From positions 27,428,307-27,492,306 of the forward strand of contig OZ316892.1 of NCBI GenBank assembly GCA_973895155.1: DNA of 64,000 nucleotides, written 5' to 3'. The position numbers were made by a program, and so were the translations under genes. This document shows positions 51,091 to 63,379 of the stretch, one piece after another (the first letter of the stretch is position 1; each line of letters begins with the position of its first letter). The notes under the pieces are model-generated. The model did not search any database. It had not been told where the DNA came from and saw nothing but the letters and a program-made list of their open reading frames with translations. Origin of the DNA: Marsupella aquatica. Taxonomy: Eukaryota > Plantae > Marchantiophyta.

Positions 51091-52087
51091 CCTTGCTTCT
51101 TTTCCTTTTCTTCTTCCGCCCGGTCTCGAAGTTCTCGTCAGCAAACGCGAAGAGGGAAATTCCTCTACTTCTCAATGCGGTTCCCAAGTCCTCTGTCTAA
51201 TAAGAAGGTGAATGACTTTGGACCAGAGCGCCTTCTCCTTCTTTCTCTTGTGTTCTGCATACCAAGCCAATCCTTTGCATTCTTCAACTCATCAGTAGAT
51301 GATTTCCCTCACACCTTTCTTCGCATGAGCTTTCGCCTTGTGTGTAACATTCAACGACGCACGAGCTCTTTTCTCCATCTTGTTAGAAACAGAGGACCAC
51401 AGAATGGCGCTGGCTGAACCTTTCTTGACATCAATTCAATCCCAAACTGCTGAACAACTTTCCTTTTCTTTAAAATCAACAGGTACAACATTCGTCGATC
51501 TTAAACACAGATCAGGAAGGCAACCAATTGGCGCGATCATCCTGTAGTTGCGCCGAAATAGGCTTTTCATTTCCAATGCGGATAAATTCTGCAGAAAGGC
51601 CAACCAGCAAAGACGGGCAAGGTTTTCTCCATCTTTATATTAAACATGGAGGACGGATGGATAGCGTGGGCCGGACCTTTGGTGACATCAATTGATTCTC
51701 GAACAGCGGTAAAGCGAAGCTTACATTTGCTTCGATGGATCATTCTCTCTGATCTGGACTCCACATTTTTCTTGGTACTGTGCTGTCCATCACTGCAGAG
51801 CACTACAGTGGCGCAGCTGCAGTGGTTCGAGCTTCTGGAGCGTGGAATGAAGCTTTTTTCCTGGCAGAGAATGGAAACAAACTCTGCTACAGAAAGGCCG
51901 ACCACCAGCATGGACTCGAGCTGCACGCAAAGTAACGCAATGTACAAATTATAAATCAAATCCGTGAGGTCAACAGAGAATCCAGGCATGTTGATTACGT
52001 TCAATCCTTGTACTGTAGGGTCATTTTCGATGTACCAAATTTTCGATGTACCAAATTTCTCGTGCTGTGGACGATTCTTCTTCATTT

Positions 52088-52780
52088 TTTATTTTTTGTG
52101 TGGAAAAAAATAATTTAATTTCATTGAAAAAGCCAGCATACAAAAGGGGTTTATTTTTCTGTTAGGAAAAAAAACAATTGAATTTCATTAAAAAAGTCAG
52201 CATATAACAGGGGGTTTATTTTTTGTCTGGAAAAAACAATTGAGTTTCATTCAAAAAGCCAGCATATAACAGGTGTGGCCCACAAATGGGGGTTGTCACC
52301 CAGGGGAACCAAAGGTCAAAGTGCCCAAAAGATGCAGGGGAGGGGGGCGGCACCAGGAGAGGAAGCAAGACCAAGGATGACAGCCAAAACCAGCCATTTA
52401 ACTACTGCTGCAGCAGGGAGTGGCACATTCCTTCAGACCGGCCAGTGAACAAGGACTGGCCGGTACCTAACAGTAGGGCGGGAAAAAAGAGAGGCCCGGA
52501 ACTAGCAGTTTCGGTCACGGTTCAGCAGTGTGTGGACATGGATTTTTGTGTCCGCCACTTTTTTCCCGGGACTCAGTGTCTGACTGCAACTGGAAGCAGC
52601 AACGTAAAGTTTGAGATGCCCTAGTGGATCTGTGATGTCGCGGAGGAGGGGAGCGGCACCAGGAGAGGAAGCAAGACCAAGAATGGTGGCCAAAACCAGC
52701 GATTTAACTACTGCAGCAGGGAGTGGCACACTCCTTCAGACTGGCCAGTGAACACCTGCGGGGTACCTAACAGTGGATCC
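52088..52780 (-). mobile_element. LINE 3'-end fragments with triplicated terminal ~62-65 bp unit
   Basis: Reverse complement matches 15115-15372. Unit TTTATTTT..GGAAAAA..AATT...TTTCATT.AAAAAG.CAGCATA occurs 3 times (52088-52273). Internal duplication 52340-52475/52645-52775. Confidence 0.8.
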
Positions 52781-52911
52781 GTTATGTTGACGATTCTTCT
52801 TGCAAACTTGCATTTCGTACTGTAAGCGAAGTAAGTTGCATCGTGCATGTTAATCAGCCAAGTGAAAGAAGAGGGCTCATTTTCAGGAACTTTGATGCAA
52901 GAGTAGAAGCT

Positions 52912-53129
52912 TGAGATATACACTTGATGGGCCCCTAAATTGAAAAGAAAATTGAAACCTGGTGCTTGATGATGGGGTGCCCGTGAAATTTTGGGAATGT
53001 TGTGTTAAGGTCCATCAAGGGTGTGGATCACTCATGGGTCCATATAGTAACATTTTTCATTTTGGGTCCATAGAGTAACACATGTCATTTTGGGGGTCCA
53101 TCAATGGGGTCCATCAAGTACATATCTCC
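52912..53129. mobile_element. MITE with ~24-bp TIRs and 8-bp TSD
   Basis: TGAGATATACACTTGATGGGCCCC / GGGGTCCATCAAGTACATATCTCC. TSD TAGAAGCT at 52904-52911 and 53130-53137. Confidence 0.8.
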
Positions 53130-53185
53130 TAGAAGCTCACATTTGCCATTTCTTTCTCTTTAAGGAGTGTAAGAGCCGCGGGTAA

Positions 53186-53880
53186 GAGCATCTCCATTGA
53201 TGTACCCCATGAGGGCCCATGAGATTTCGGGTTCATTGATTTAAGGTCCATTAATGATCTGGATCACTGATGGGGTCCATCGAGTAACACTTTTCATTTT
53301 GGGGGTCCATTAATGGGGTCCATCAAGTAACACTTTTCATTTTGGGGGTCCACCAAGTATATATGTACTCTCATATTGTGGAGAGTAAGAGCATCTCCAA
53401 CGGTTTAGAGGTCATTCAGTGGTTAGTGGAAAACCATACAAACCACACTAAGAATATTCTGGAAGGTTTAGCCAAAGAGCTGGTAAGCATCTCTAGCTGT
53501 ATGGCCTCTAAAACCAATATATAGCCCATCATTTGGAGGCCTAGAAATTAGAAAAGCTTCAATATTGAATGCATTCATTCCCCTCTTCTTCAACCTTTAT
53601 CTTCTCCAAAGTGATGAGTTGTCATATGTAGGTTCAAAATTTGAAGCACATCCAGTATATTGTGAAATGTGGTGGAATCTCTCATGTAGATGGGAATAGA
53701 GGTCTCTCTCCAGGCTGCCATTTCTACCAAATATGGAGGTCAAGGGTTCTGCAAATGGAGACTGGCTGCCATTTCTTTGGGGATAGGGGCTACCTTTGGC
53801 AAGCCATCCCTTCAAAATCAACCCCTATATGCTCATTTAAAGGTTATAGGCTTGCTTAACTCTACTGCGGGAGATGCTGA
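53186..53880. mobile_element. Cluster of nested Tourist/Harbinger-like MITE pieces
   Basis: TAAGAGCATCTCCA at ~53183 and ~53386, TAAGCATCTC at ~53483, and reverse GGAGATGCT at ~53870. 53195-53370 resembles the preceding MITE. Confidence 0.55.
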
Positions 53881-54335
53881 CAGTAGCACTTTTCTCCTCC
53901 ATGAGAAATCAATTCTGGCACAGAATTTGTGAAGCTTAATGTGACAGTTGGATTTCCTTAGATTTAGGGGAACTGTTAGATCTGGCAACTAACCCTCTTT
54001 GCTCTATGAGGATTTATCTATCCCTTTCATGTTGTCATCTTTGGTCTTTATACTGTTACTTATATGCATATGATAGTAAAAGTTAATTATTACCACTATT
54101 TGAGAAAAGTTGTTTAAAGCTGTGCCAGCCTCATTGAGAAGAAAAATCTCACTTTTCTTTCTAATTTTGGGTCGCCAAAGCATTTGCTAGGTGAGTGAAA
54201 GAGGGGCCATTTTTGGGGTTGATGCAGTAATTCACATGTTAGCTTGGCCAGGCCAGGCCAAACAGGGACCCTTGTTTGGGGATTTGAAGCAAGAAAGAAT
54301 TCTAGGCCTGGTAAAGCAGACTAAAATGAGCCCAG

Positions 54336-54467
54336 AGAGGCATGACTTTGTGGTAGTTCACTTGAGTAAAGACTGATAGGTCTTGGGTTAAACTATTGTG
54401 ACTGACTCTCCCCTTTTTGTGAGGTTTCACATATTTCCCCTTTAAAATTTTTGAAAATAAAGCAGGC
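54336..54467 (+). mobile_element. SINE-like family B (copy 3)
   Basis: GAGGCATG..TGTGGTAG..GATAGGTCTTGGGTT..GTGACT..CCCTTTTTGTGAGGTTTCACA matches the reverse complement of 7940-8066. Confidence 0.55.
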
Positions 54468-56309
54468 TGAAATGAGTCTATGGTAATCTAAGACCAATGT
54501 GCACACAAAAAAAGGAAAATTGTGAGAGTTGCTAATAGTCCCAAACGTACCCAATCCAAGCCAGTATCCAAACCAGTACTTGTATCATGTTCAACGTAAG
54601 TTTTATGCGCATTCTTAATGCCCTTTTATTTTAGTCTAGGTTTTCAAGGAACCCTCTTGCCTTTGTTTTTTCTTTGAGTTTGTTTGGGGTCTGCATTTGG
54701 CCTCAACTTTTGAGGTTTGCGTTTGTCCTACCTGGGACCTCTTTTGCATTCTCTTCACTGTACTTTGTGTGGCCCATTTTCAGTAAATTGTTCCTTTTCC
54801 GTTCCTATTTTGTAGCTTCAATTTGAAAACCTATCAATCAAAGCTGATCTTCCAGTATTTACAACAGGAGGATGTACTCCATGAGGTCTCACTTCTCACA
54901 ATTTAGCATAAGAAACAAGACAATGGATGCAACTGCCATGCTCTGGAAAAGTTACCCCCAAAAGGAGCATCGATGTGCTTCTCAGTACATATTCGGTAAC
55001 ATTCTCTCGAAGCTTGTCTGCTTCACCAAGTGAGTCCTGTCCCCTTTATATCTATAGACAAGCCACAACCCTTACACATCCACTATTTAGGAAGAGCAGT
55101 TTTAATTCTTTTGGTAATATGGTTATCAGAATCCTCAAAGGTCATCCTTACCTAGAGTAGTTCATTTTGAGCAGAACGACAAAATAGATTTGACTATAGA
55201 CAGTCTCCCTCAGCGACAACCAAGGTACAGGATGACAAAAGCAAAATGAATGTAACCAATGACATTTGATGAGGTTCGAGCCAAACGATCAATGGGTGAG
55301 AAAAGAGGTCATATATCACATAAGAGCAGTGCAGAATTTGCAATCCAAGAATGATATTAACAGTCTGAGTCCTCCAGTCCTCCAATCAGTGCGAAACAGG
55401 GTAAAAAGGACAGAAAAGCGAACTACTATAGCTCTTCCAATGTAGCTTTCATGTCCAACTCCGAAAGACCCTTCACACCGATTTGCCTTCCCAGAAATAC
55501 GTCAGCGTTAAAGGAGTTGCAACACTAGCAGCGGGATAGGCAGAATCTGTAGTGAGATTTTTTGTGACGAACAATCCCAAGATGCGCTAAGCTTATTTGT
55601 AAGCTCAGGGATCTAAATGATGTGCTGAGCTTAATTGTACTATCCTTTATTGTAATTGACCCAGACATTAATCCTAAACGGTAAAGATGCAGTTTTGTCC
55701 ATGCTCAGAAATAACCTTCTCTACTCACAATGAAGAACTCACAATATAGATTGCTCAGCTTCCAACCTCGCAACACTTGGATTCTGGGATCTGACGGAAA
55801 GAGTCATTTAACGGTGGAACAAGCAAGCAGGCTGTGATTATACTCATTTGGAGCTTCAATTCGAGTGCAGTGACCCCTCTGAAAGCGTCAAACTTTGAAG
55901 AAGGAACAACGGCCCGGCAGGCATTTGATGGCAATCCCAGGTTATCTTGAGAAAATATGCAGAGGGTGTGGCATCAGATTCATAGGCAACCAGATTCCAT
56001 GTGGGCAAAGTGAACGAACGAGAGTATAGGTAAGAACCATCAGAAAGGCAGGAATATTTAGAACTCAGAAGTCCGCAAGTTTTTGTCTCTCGAACCCATC
56101 CCGGATCTACACTATTAAATAAGTTCTATCTAATAGAGTCCGCTGTTTTGAGTTATCTAAGATCTGTGATAACTCAAAACTGATGTACAGTCGTATCTAA
56201 GATGTCAAGATGATGCATTCTTTCATTCTTAGTTCGTTCGCCAATGTAGGCAACTCCTCAAATCTTTCAGTCAGCTCATTTCTTTCACCATCTGGTTCTC
56301 TCCGATCCA

Positions 56310-56415
56310 TCGTGGGGCTATTGCTTTTTGAATTGAGTAACTAGCTATCTCGTTAGTTTTATTCGTGGGGCTATTGCTTTCTGAATTGAGTAACTAGCTA
56401 TCTCGTTAGTTTTAT
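56310..56415. repeat. Tandem duplication, 2 x 53 bp
   Basis: TCGTGGGGCTATTGCTTT.TGAATTGAGTAACTAGCTATCTCGTTAGTTTTAT occurs twice. Confidence 0.95.
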
Positions 56416-57231
56416 TCAGCTGCTTTCCAAGACCTTCTCACAATCATTCATTTCTGTCTGTCTCGTTAGATAGAATTGATGACTCCAGTCTTCCGATCAA
56501 TTCATTGTCTCACAACAACTAGGGTGCTAGTTTTGGTCATCTGTAGTATTCTTCGCTTCTCTGTTTCTGTGTTGCTTTGTTCCCCACCATTTCTTTAGCT
56601 GGTTGAAGAGTCGAAAAACCCTCAACCTGCATACTCGAACAGCATGCCCACGACACTCGTCAAGTTGGTAAACAGCCTTCAAATCTCAGCAGCTTAGTTT
56701 CTTGCATACCTTAAGGCCGGCTACATCACGTCATCAACCTCCGGCCTGTTTGGTGCAAACCAGTCGGTGTGACTCGCAGGCTACCGCATCCGGGAAAGAG
56801 GTGGGCTTCAGATTTACTAACTTGTCATTGTCACCACGAAATACCAAGATAGCGATTTATTTCTTCAGTTCAGACGACACAGTCATCCCTACCTCATGGC
56901 CCAAGTACTATGATCAGCATTTACACTGGAAATTTGATAAGCGGAGGAAAAGGCGATTACTTCAAAGTGGCCATCACAACAGTAGCCATCAAGGTGAGTA
57001 GTTCCAAACACAATTCTGAGCATTTGAAAACACTTTATTCTGAATTTTTGCGAGAACAACAATGCCAACTCACGCAGAGGTACTCTCAAGAAGGTTTGAT
57101 TAGATAAAAAAATTGCCCACATCAGGTAGTTCAATACACGCCTGTCGAAGCGTATCCGTCTAGTCGAATGCCTGTAATCTATAAAAACGCAGGAGTGCCG
57201 CTGCGTCATACAAAGGGATATTTCCCGTTCC

Positions 57232-58356
57232 TCAGAAGACCAGCTCATGGGGTTTTACACCAGACTTGAGACTAAATCTAGCACTCAAGTACGATTTTAG
57301 GTCGGGTGTCTTCTCTATGATAGGCATCAGAAGAGCATCAAGAGCCTTTTGATCGTCCTTCTTCTCTTCAGGAACGACCTTCTCCTCCCTCTGCACGAAG
57401 AGAACCATATCAATGCGTCAGGACTTCTAAGTAAAATAGTTTAGGGTGCTTCTTTCAGAGCAGAGAAAAAAATTTGACAGTATTGGCCCAGAGTCAATTG
57501 CAAACACGCGTACCTCCTTCTCTGCCTCAAAAAACTCGCTCTCTCCCTTCTTCTTCTTCACGATCTCCCTCTTAAAGTAGGCATCGGTGTACTTGGACAC
57601 ATCCACGGAACCAACTTCGAGCTTTGTTGAGGTCGCAATTACGTAGGTTTGATTCACCCGTCTCAGAGGAACGCCGTTAACCTTAAATGGCCCTGTTGGA
57701 AAGCTCTATCGTTATAACCAGCCAAATTTTCGTGGCACACAAGGATAAAGAAACGTTGAAATCAAACAACACAACATCGCCAATCAAGTGATGACGGAAA
57801 TACCTGTGACAAGGAGTAGACCACCCTCGAGCTGCTTCAAGAAAACAACTCTCTTGCCCTTGAAGCGACCGGCCAAAAGGATCAAGACAGTCCCGGGAGT
57901 AATGCTTGACCTACACAGAACAAATCAAAGATTACACAAAACGGATCAATCATCATTAGACCTAATTCTCATCAGGACGACAGTGCAGAGAAGAGAGAAA
58001 CCCTAGGGCACAGAAACAGACTCGCACTCCACATTCTCAACACTCAATCCAATCAACCAAAACTGATTCATAGAGCCATACAATGCCGCAGTAGCTTACC
58101 GGAGCTTTGGGAGGTTGACGACCTTGTTCTTGTGAAGGGGCTTCTTCACGTCGTCGGCAGGGTAGAACTTGGGAGCCCTAGCCTCCTTGACCTCGGGAGC
58201 GGCAACCTTCTCGTGGGTGGGGAAGGAGCCGCCATTTTTGGCCTTGATCGCCCACAAGCCTCGCTTGTGATACACTTTGGAGCGCGAGAACCTGCCCACG
58301 CCCCGAACGATCGCCTTGTTTCTCGATGAGGTCCTGGGCTTCGCCGACGGTGCCAT
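57232..58356 (-). CDS. RPL6: 60S ribosomal protein L6 (eL6), 4 exons
   Basis: Exons 58356-58100, 57910-57804, 57692-57514, 57390-57232. Protein MAPSAKPR...[26 protein letters not shown]...[15 protein letters not shown]...KPHELVF. Confidence 0.97.
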
Positions 58357-59332
58357 CGCTAACCTCCTAAACCTCCTCCTTTGCTCGATGAAACGAAGCG
58401 GTCTTTCGGAAGACAGCAAAAGGAGGGTTTGAGCCTCGATTCACCGTAGAAGAAGCTCGAGAGTCGACGAAATGACTAAACAGCCCTATTCCGTCGGCCC
58501 TCAAACCAGGTCGAGGGTCCCTTCCTTCAATCTTCAAGATCCAATCTCGCCCGTTCGTCACTTGAGGGCGGCCCTCAGGTTAGAGGCTTTTATTTACAAT
58601 TCAATTCAATGATTGTGCAGTCTCTGGATGGCAAGTCCCAGACCCCTACAAGACCTTGGGAAATGATCTCCACCTTTAAATTTGGTGAGTGCACACCACG
58701 GATCACTTGGTCAAGCGGGGGTGGAGTCATGCATGGAATAATGCTATTATTTAGAATCAGCATTTAATTACATTGCCACAAAATTTTTGAAATTTAAGGT
58801 GGTGTCACCATTTTTATTGTATTTACAGATGTCACAATTTTAGTATATGATTACCCAGGTTGTGTTGGTGAACTTGTAAACCATATATGAAACTGTGGCA
58901 TATTTGTAAATACTCAAAAATTTCTGCCTCCAGAAAAAAACTGTGGCCTTCAGATTAGGTCTCCAAATTTACAATGGAGACAATGGCCAGCCCGAGCACC
59001 ATCCTATCTGCCCTCATATTGGGTCCACGGCCTCTGCCCTCAACTCTTCTAAAACATCAGAACTAATCTTGCTCTCAAGATTATAGTGACCAGCCCTGCC
59101 ATTCAAAGCCCTATTAGGGTACTATTGCATTAAATTGAGTTAGGGCAGTGGAAGGCTCTTTTACCCATCTCTCCTGGTTTGAAATTTTGGAGTGGCACCG
59201 ATACAAAGGGCAGAGATCTGCCCAAGATCCTTGATGATTAATCATAGGGTCGTAAGGAGAAGGGGGGGGGGGGGGACGGGGCTCAATTATGGAGCTTACA
59301 AATTTCTTCAATTATGGAGATGAACTTGCGTC

Positions 59333-59461
59333 CCGGTAATTGCACATCAAAATATGACATATATGGTGTACAACATCACTCCATACCATGATAAAACTCA
59401 TTATTCTCTTTCAATCAATAAATGCACATCGTATATTACCACAATTTGATGTGATTACCGG
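59333..59461. mobile_element. MITE (CCGGTAAT TIR family)
   Basis: CCGGTAATTGCACATCAAA ... TTTGATGTGATTACCGG. Homologous to 7352-7476. Confidence 0.75.
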
Positions 59462-59709
59462 CATGCCTAAACCTGGGCGGTGGAGGATACCAGGTGCAAT
59501 ACTGTCCTAATTAAAATACCTTTATTATTAATATAACCATGTTGTACAAAGTCTCTGAATGTCATCTTGGTAGTGCTCATAAAGAAAAGAACCGGCTCCA
59601 TTCTGGAAAGAGAAGCAGTGAAACCAGTTTGCTTGGAAAAACTAGTGGGGAGACTTTTCACAAAAGTATTTACAAATATACTAAGCTTCTATATGGTTAT
59701 CTTTTTCGC

Positions 59710-59788
59710 ACCCCAACATCTTTTTCTCTCCTCAACATCTCTTTCTCGCCTTACATGTCATGTGCAACCGATGGGCATTGGGCTAGTA
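59710..59788 (+). mobile_element. Helitron-like 3' end fragment
   Basis: C/T-rich repeats then GTGCAACCGATGGGCATTGGGCTAGT; related to 17575-17860. Confidence 0.45.
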
Positions 59789-60050
59789 TTGGGCTAGTAA
59801 TCCATATAATTATGTCAAAACTGTGGCAAAGTAGTTCAAAGTACTCTAGGGAGGGTGAGGAGAGGGGAAGACTTGGAGGTTGGGGGTGCCTTACTCCCAA
59901 CGGGGTGGATAGTAATGGAACCCGATCCTGCGGGGTTTTATCACTGGGCCCCGAAACGAGAAGGAGAGAGCGAGGGTGAGGATAGAGCAAAGCAGCTCGT
60001 CAGTCACTCTTTCGAGCATACGAAGCAGAGGAGCTCGAAATTTTGTGGCT

Positions 60051-61987
60051 ATGGCGACCGCGGCGTTGCAAGTCCGAGTGGCACCACAGGGAATGGCTGC
60101 GTCGGCCAGCAGCGCATTCAGAGGACTCGCGCTCTCTCCTTCTCGTTTCGCAGTGGGTCTGCCTGTGAGACGACCGATCAGCATTACTGCCGATGTAAGC
60201 TCTTGTTCGCTCGCCCTGTCTGGCTTAGGATGTCACCGAATTGGAGGCTTTTTCATGCCCTGAAGTTTACTTTTTGTGTTTTCTTGTGTGTCTTGAAGTG
60301 TTTGCACCTCGAACCTGCAAGTTCTTGCCCTAGTTCAATGAGAATGTCACTGAATTGGAGACTGCTCGTGCCCGAGGTGTTGTTTTTGTATGCTTGGTAT
60401 ATCTGGAAGTTTCTTGGATCTCGAAGCTTTGATCGCTTTCCCTAGCTCAATTGCCGCCAATGCATGCTCTCGCCCAGGATTGGTTTCTCAGGATGCCACC
60501 GAATTCGAGACTTTTTCATGCCGGATGTTTAAGTTTTGTGTTTACTTCTGGTTTATCGACGTTTCTTGGACATCGAGCTGGAATTTCATGCCCTAGCTAA
60601 ATTACTGCCAATGTAGCCTTTCGCCCTGGATTGGTTTTTGAGGATGTTACCGAATTCCAGATTTGTGGTATGCCTTGAAGTCAATTGGACCTCGAATACG
60701 TAATTTCTTGCCTTTGCTTCTGGGGAAGTAAGCCTGACTTGATTCCCGAGGATGTCACCCAATTCAAGACTTTTTGAAGCCCAATTTTGAGTTTTTACTC
60801 GGTGTGTGTTGAAGTTAATTTCTTGCCCTAGCTGTTACCGAATTAGAGATCTCGTCATGGTTGAGGAATTTTCGAATTTTATTGGATCTCTTTTTGGCTT
60901 GTTATTATCATTAATCTTGCAACTCTGTTAATATTCAGCTTCAACGTTGGGAGCGAAAGAAGGTCAAAGATAACAGCCTTCCGGTGAGACAGACGCTTCA
61001 TGTTAAGGTGGGAGACACTGTACAAGTCATTTCTGGTACTGAGAAGAAGAAGGTTGGTGAGGTGGTGAAAATTTTCACGCACAACAGCAAGATTCTCGTG
61101 AAGAGCATCAACTTCAAGACTAAGCATGTCAAAGGCAAGGCCGAGGGTGAGAGCGGCCAAATTATTCAGGTTTGTGAGCAAGCTTCGTTATTATGTTTGT
61201 TCTTCCTTGCTCCTTGCGTCCCAGGCATGCTTGGCTGTTCTTTGTTTTTCCCCTCTCTTGTCGTCTTAGCGCTTGTCTGGCTTCTCATTATCTAGGGCGA
61301 TTTATCAGGCAGTGATTTTTTGGGGGGTCAGGGGAGGGGAAGGGCCTGTATCTTAACTATTGAGTTTACTTTGTCTTGACCTGATATTGGTAGTCCTTTG
61401 TAATTTGAGAGGTTCATTTGTTGGAACTGTCTCCACTAGACATTGTGATGGCCCAGATAAAGGTTTGATTTTATGAAATTAAGATCTAAGGTTCTTTGAA
61501 GATTTAAGGTTCCTTTTTGCTTCGGACCTCTTGATGCTACATCCTGAATCGCGGGGAACCTTACATCTTAGATGAATATTTGCATCTAGAGTGACCTGAA
61601 ATGGACGAAAAGTGATTTATCTTATTTCGGAAGGTTCTTTTTGGCCTGGGATTTTGTGCACGATGGGATGTTCTTCGCTTGGGCATTCAATGGTGGGCTG
61701 GTTGATTGCGCTGTAGCAGAATTTCTGTAATGCCAGTTCGAGCATGTTATCATACTTTCTTCTTACATGATTGTTTTAACGTTGAATTTGTTTCCGTACA
61801 GATGGAGGCCCCTATTCACAGCTCTAATGTGATGTTGTATTCAAAAGAAAAGAAAGTGGCGAGCAGGGTTGGCCACAAGACGTTGGAAGATGGCCGGAAG
61901 GTGCGTTACTTGGTGAAGACAGGAGAAGTGCTTGACACACCTGAAGACTGGAAAAAACTTTACAAGTCAGAGAAAAAGGATAAGTAA
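60051..61987 (+). CDS. RPL24: Plastid 50S ribosomal protein L24 (uL24c) with transit peptide, 3 exons
   Basis: Exons 60051-60194, 60939-61169, 61802-61987. Ala/Ser-rich transit peptide, [20 protein letters not shown] (KOW), [18 protein letters not shown]. Confidence 0.96.
60225..60850. repeat. Degenerate ~85-150 bp repeats in RPL24 intron 1
   Basis: GATG(T/C)(C/T)AC(C/T)GAATT.GAG core recurs about 6 times, often with TTCTTGCCCTAG. Confidence 0.7.
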
Positions 61988-63265
61988 CAAATTGCAATTG
62001 CAATTTAGTTGATATCTGGTTTGTGTCATTTAGTTAGGGTTTACTGGAATATTCGGCCCTTGTATCACTAATTGGTAAAAATTTCCAAGCGAGTTATAGC
62101 AGGGACTCCTCATTTGTTTTGTCACGAAAGTGTGTTCTTTGATTGACCTGAGTTGTGCTCTGTTCATGTCAAATTTCATACTTTTTTGAATTTCTCTGGA
62201 ATGTCACTTCTCCTGCAAGGAGATTTGAGTTCATTGATGTTATGCTGTACAATGAACTTGATAATCCTTCACGGCTGTCGGGTGTGCTTATCGGTCACTT
62301 GATGACTGCGGTTCTTCCTGAATGCAACCGATCTTGAACCTCCGGGTTTTACCCGTCACTTCATGGCATAAGTCGAAACGTTCCAAGAGACATTGCAAAG
62401 CCTTATATTCCAAGAGACTATAAGTGACGCGCCTGAAGAATAGTGATGAACGCTCACATGAGTGCAATTGATCTCGTTATATCGATCTGTGAGTGGCACT
62501 ATCAATTAATCAATCACTACTCAGAGCATTGAAGGACAAAAGCAACCATAATCTCGTAGCCATTTGTCTAATCTCCTCAGATCATACGAAAACCTTCATC
62601 AGACGACTTCAAATACAGACTGGAAAATAGTTCCGTCCCGCAAACCTTCGTAAATGATTTCACGCGCAGATGAAGCACTTGTATCTCATCCATTCAATGC
62701 TAGTTACCCACAAGTGTGCTAATTTCTAAAGACTACTGTTGTTTAGGAGAGCTTGAGCTTTCCCGGGGCTCTTATCCTCAATGTTGATGATGAGTGTGTC
62801 AACGTTTTAAATAAAGAAGGTCTTCACAAGTTTCGATTACCATATGGAGTCGGCCAAATACTGTACCGACCATAGCTCTTACTAGAAGAATGGAAGAATG
62901 TATGAATGTGGATGAATATGAGTTGTGTTTGAACTTTATCCATTGCTAGCCAATGCCCACGCCCATGTGCTGCATAGATTGTTGGTAAATGATGTTGAAT
63001 GGAAGTGTTGTCAAGACAGTCAGACAGTCAGACACTGCAGGGAACCGGCGGGTCAGCCTACCAACTGGACTTCAAGGAGTGTGGAAGCTGTGGGGAGAGT
63101 AACAGGTTGGGAATATATAGAAAGGTGCACGGTAGAAAAGTGCACGGTAGCACAATTACGTCAATCTCATGTCAGGAAAAAGTTTCACCATAATCGAATC
63201 ACTAAGAAAGCTTCCAGCCAAAATGACATTACTTAAAGAGACCATGACAAAGAAAGAGCCGGATT

Positions 63266-63379
63266 GCATATTATTTTGTTTACATGTTTTCCTGCAATAG
63301 GTGGCCCACGCGCGAAAGGATGGCATATTATTTTGTTTACATGTTTTCCTGCAATAGGTGGCCCACGCGCGAAAGGATG
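63266..63379. repeat. Perfect tandem duplication, 2 x 57 bp
   Basis: GCATATTATTTTGTTTACATGTTTTCCTGCAATAGGTGGCCCACGCGCGAAAGGATG occurs twice. Confidence 0.95.

Noticed and set aside
51380-52085. ORFs of 102 and 172 aa upstream of the BCAT-like gene
   Set aside because: No recognisable motifs. They overlap on opposite strands within a promoter region.
60225-60850. Repeat-spacer array in the RPL24 intron as a CRISPR
   Set aside because: Repeats are degenerate, the intervening sequences resemble each other, and spacing is irregular.
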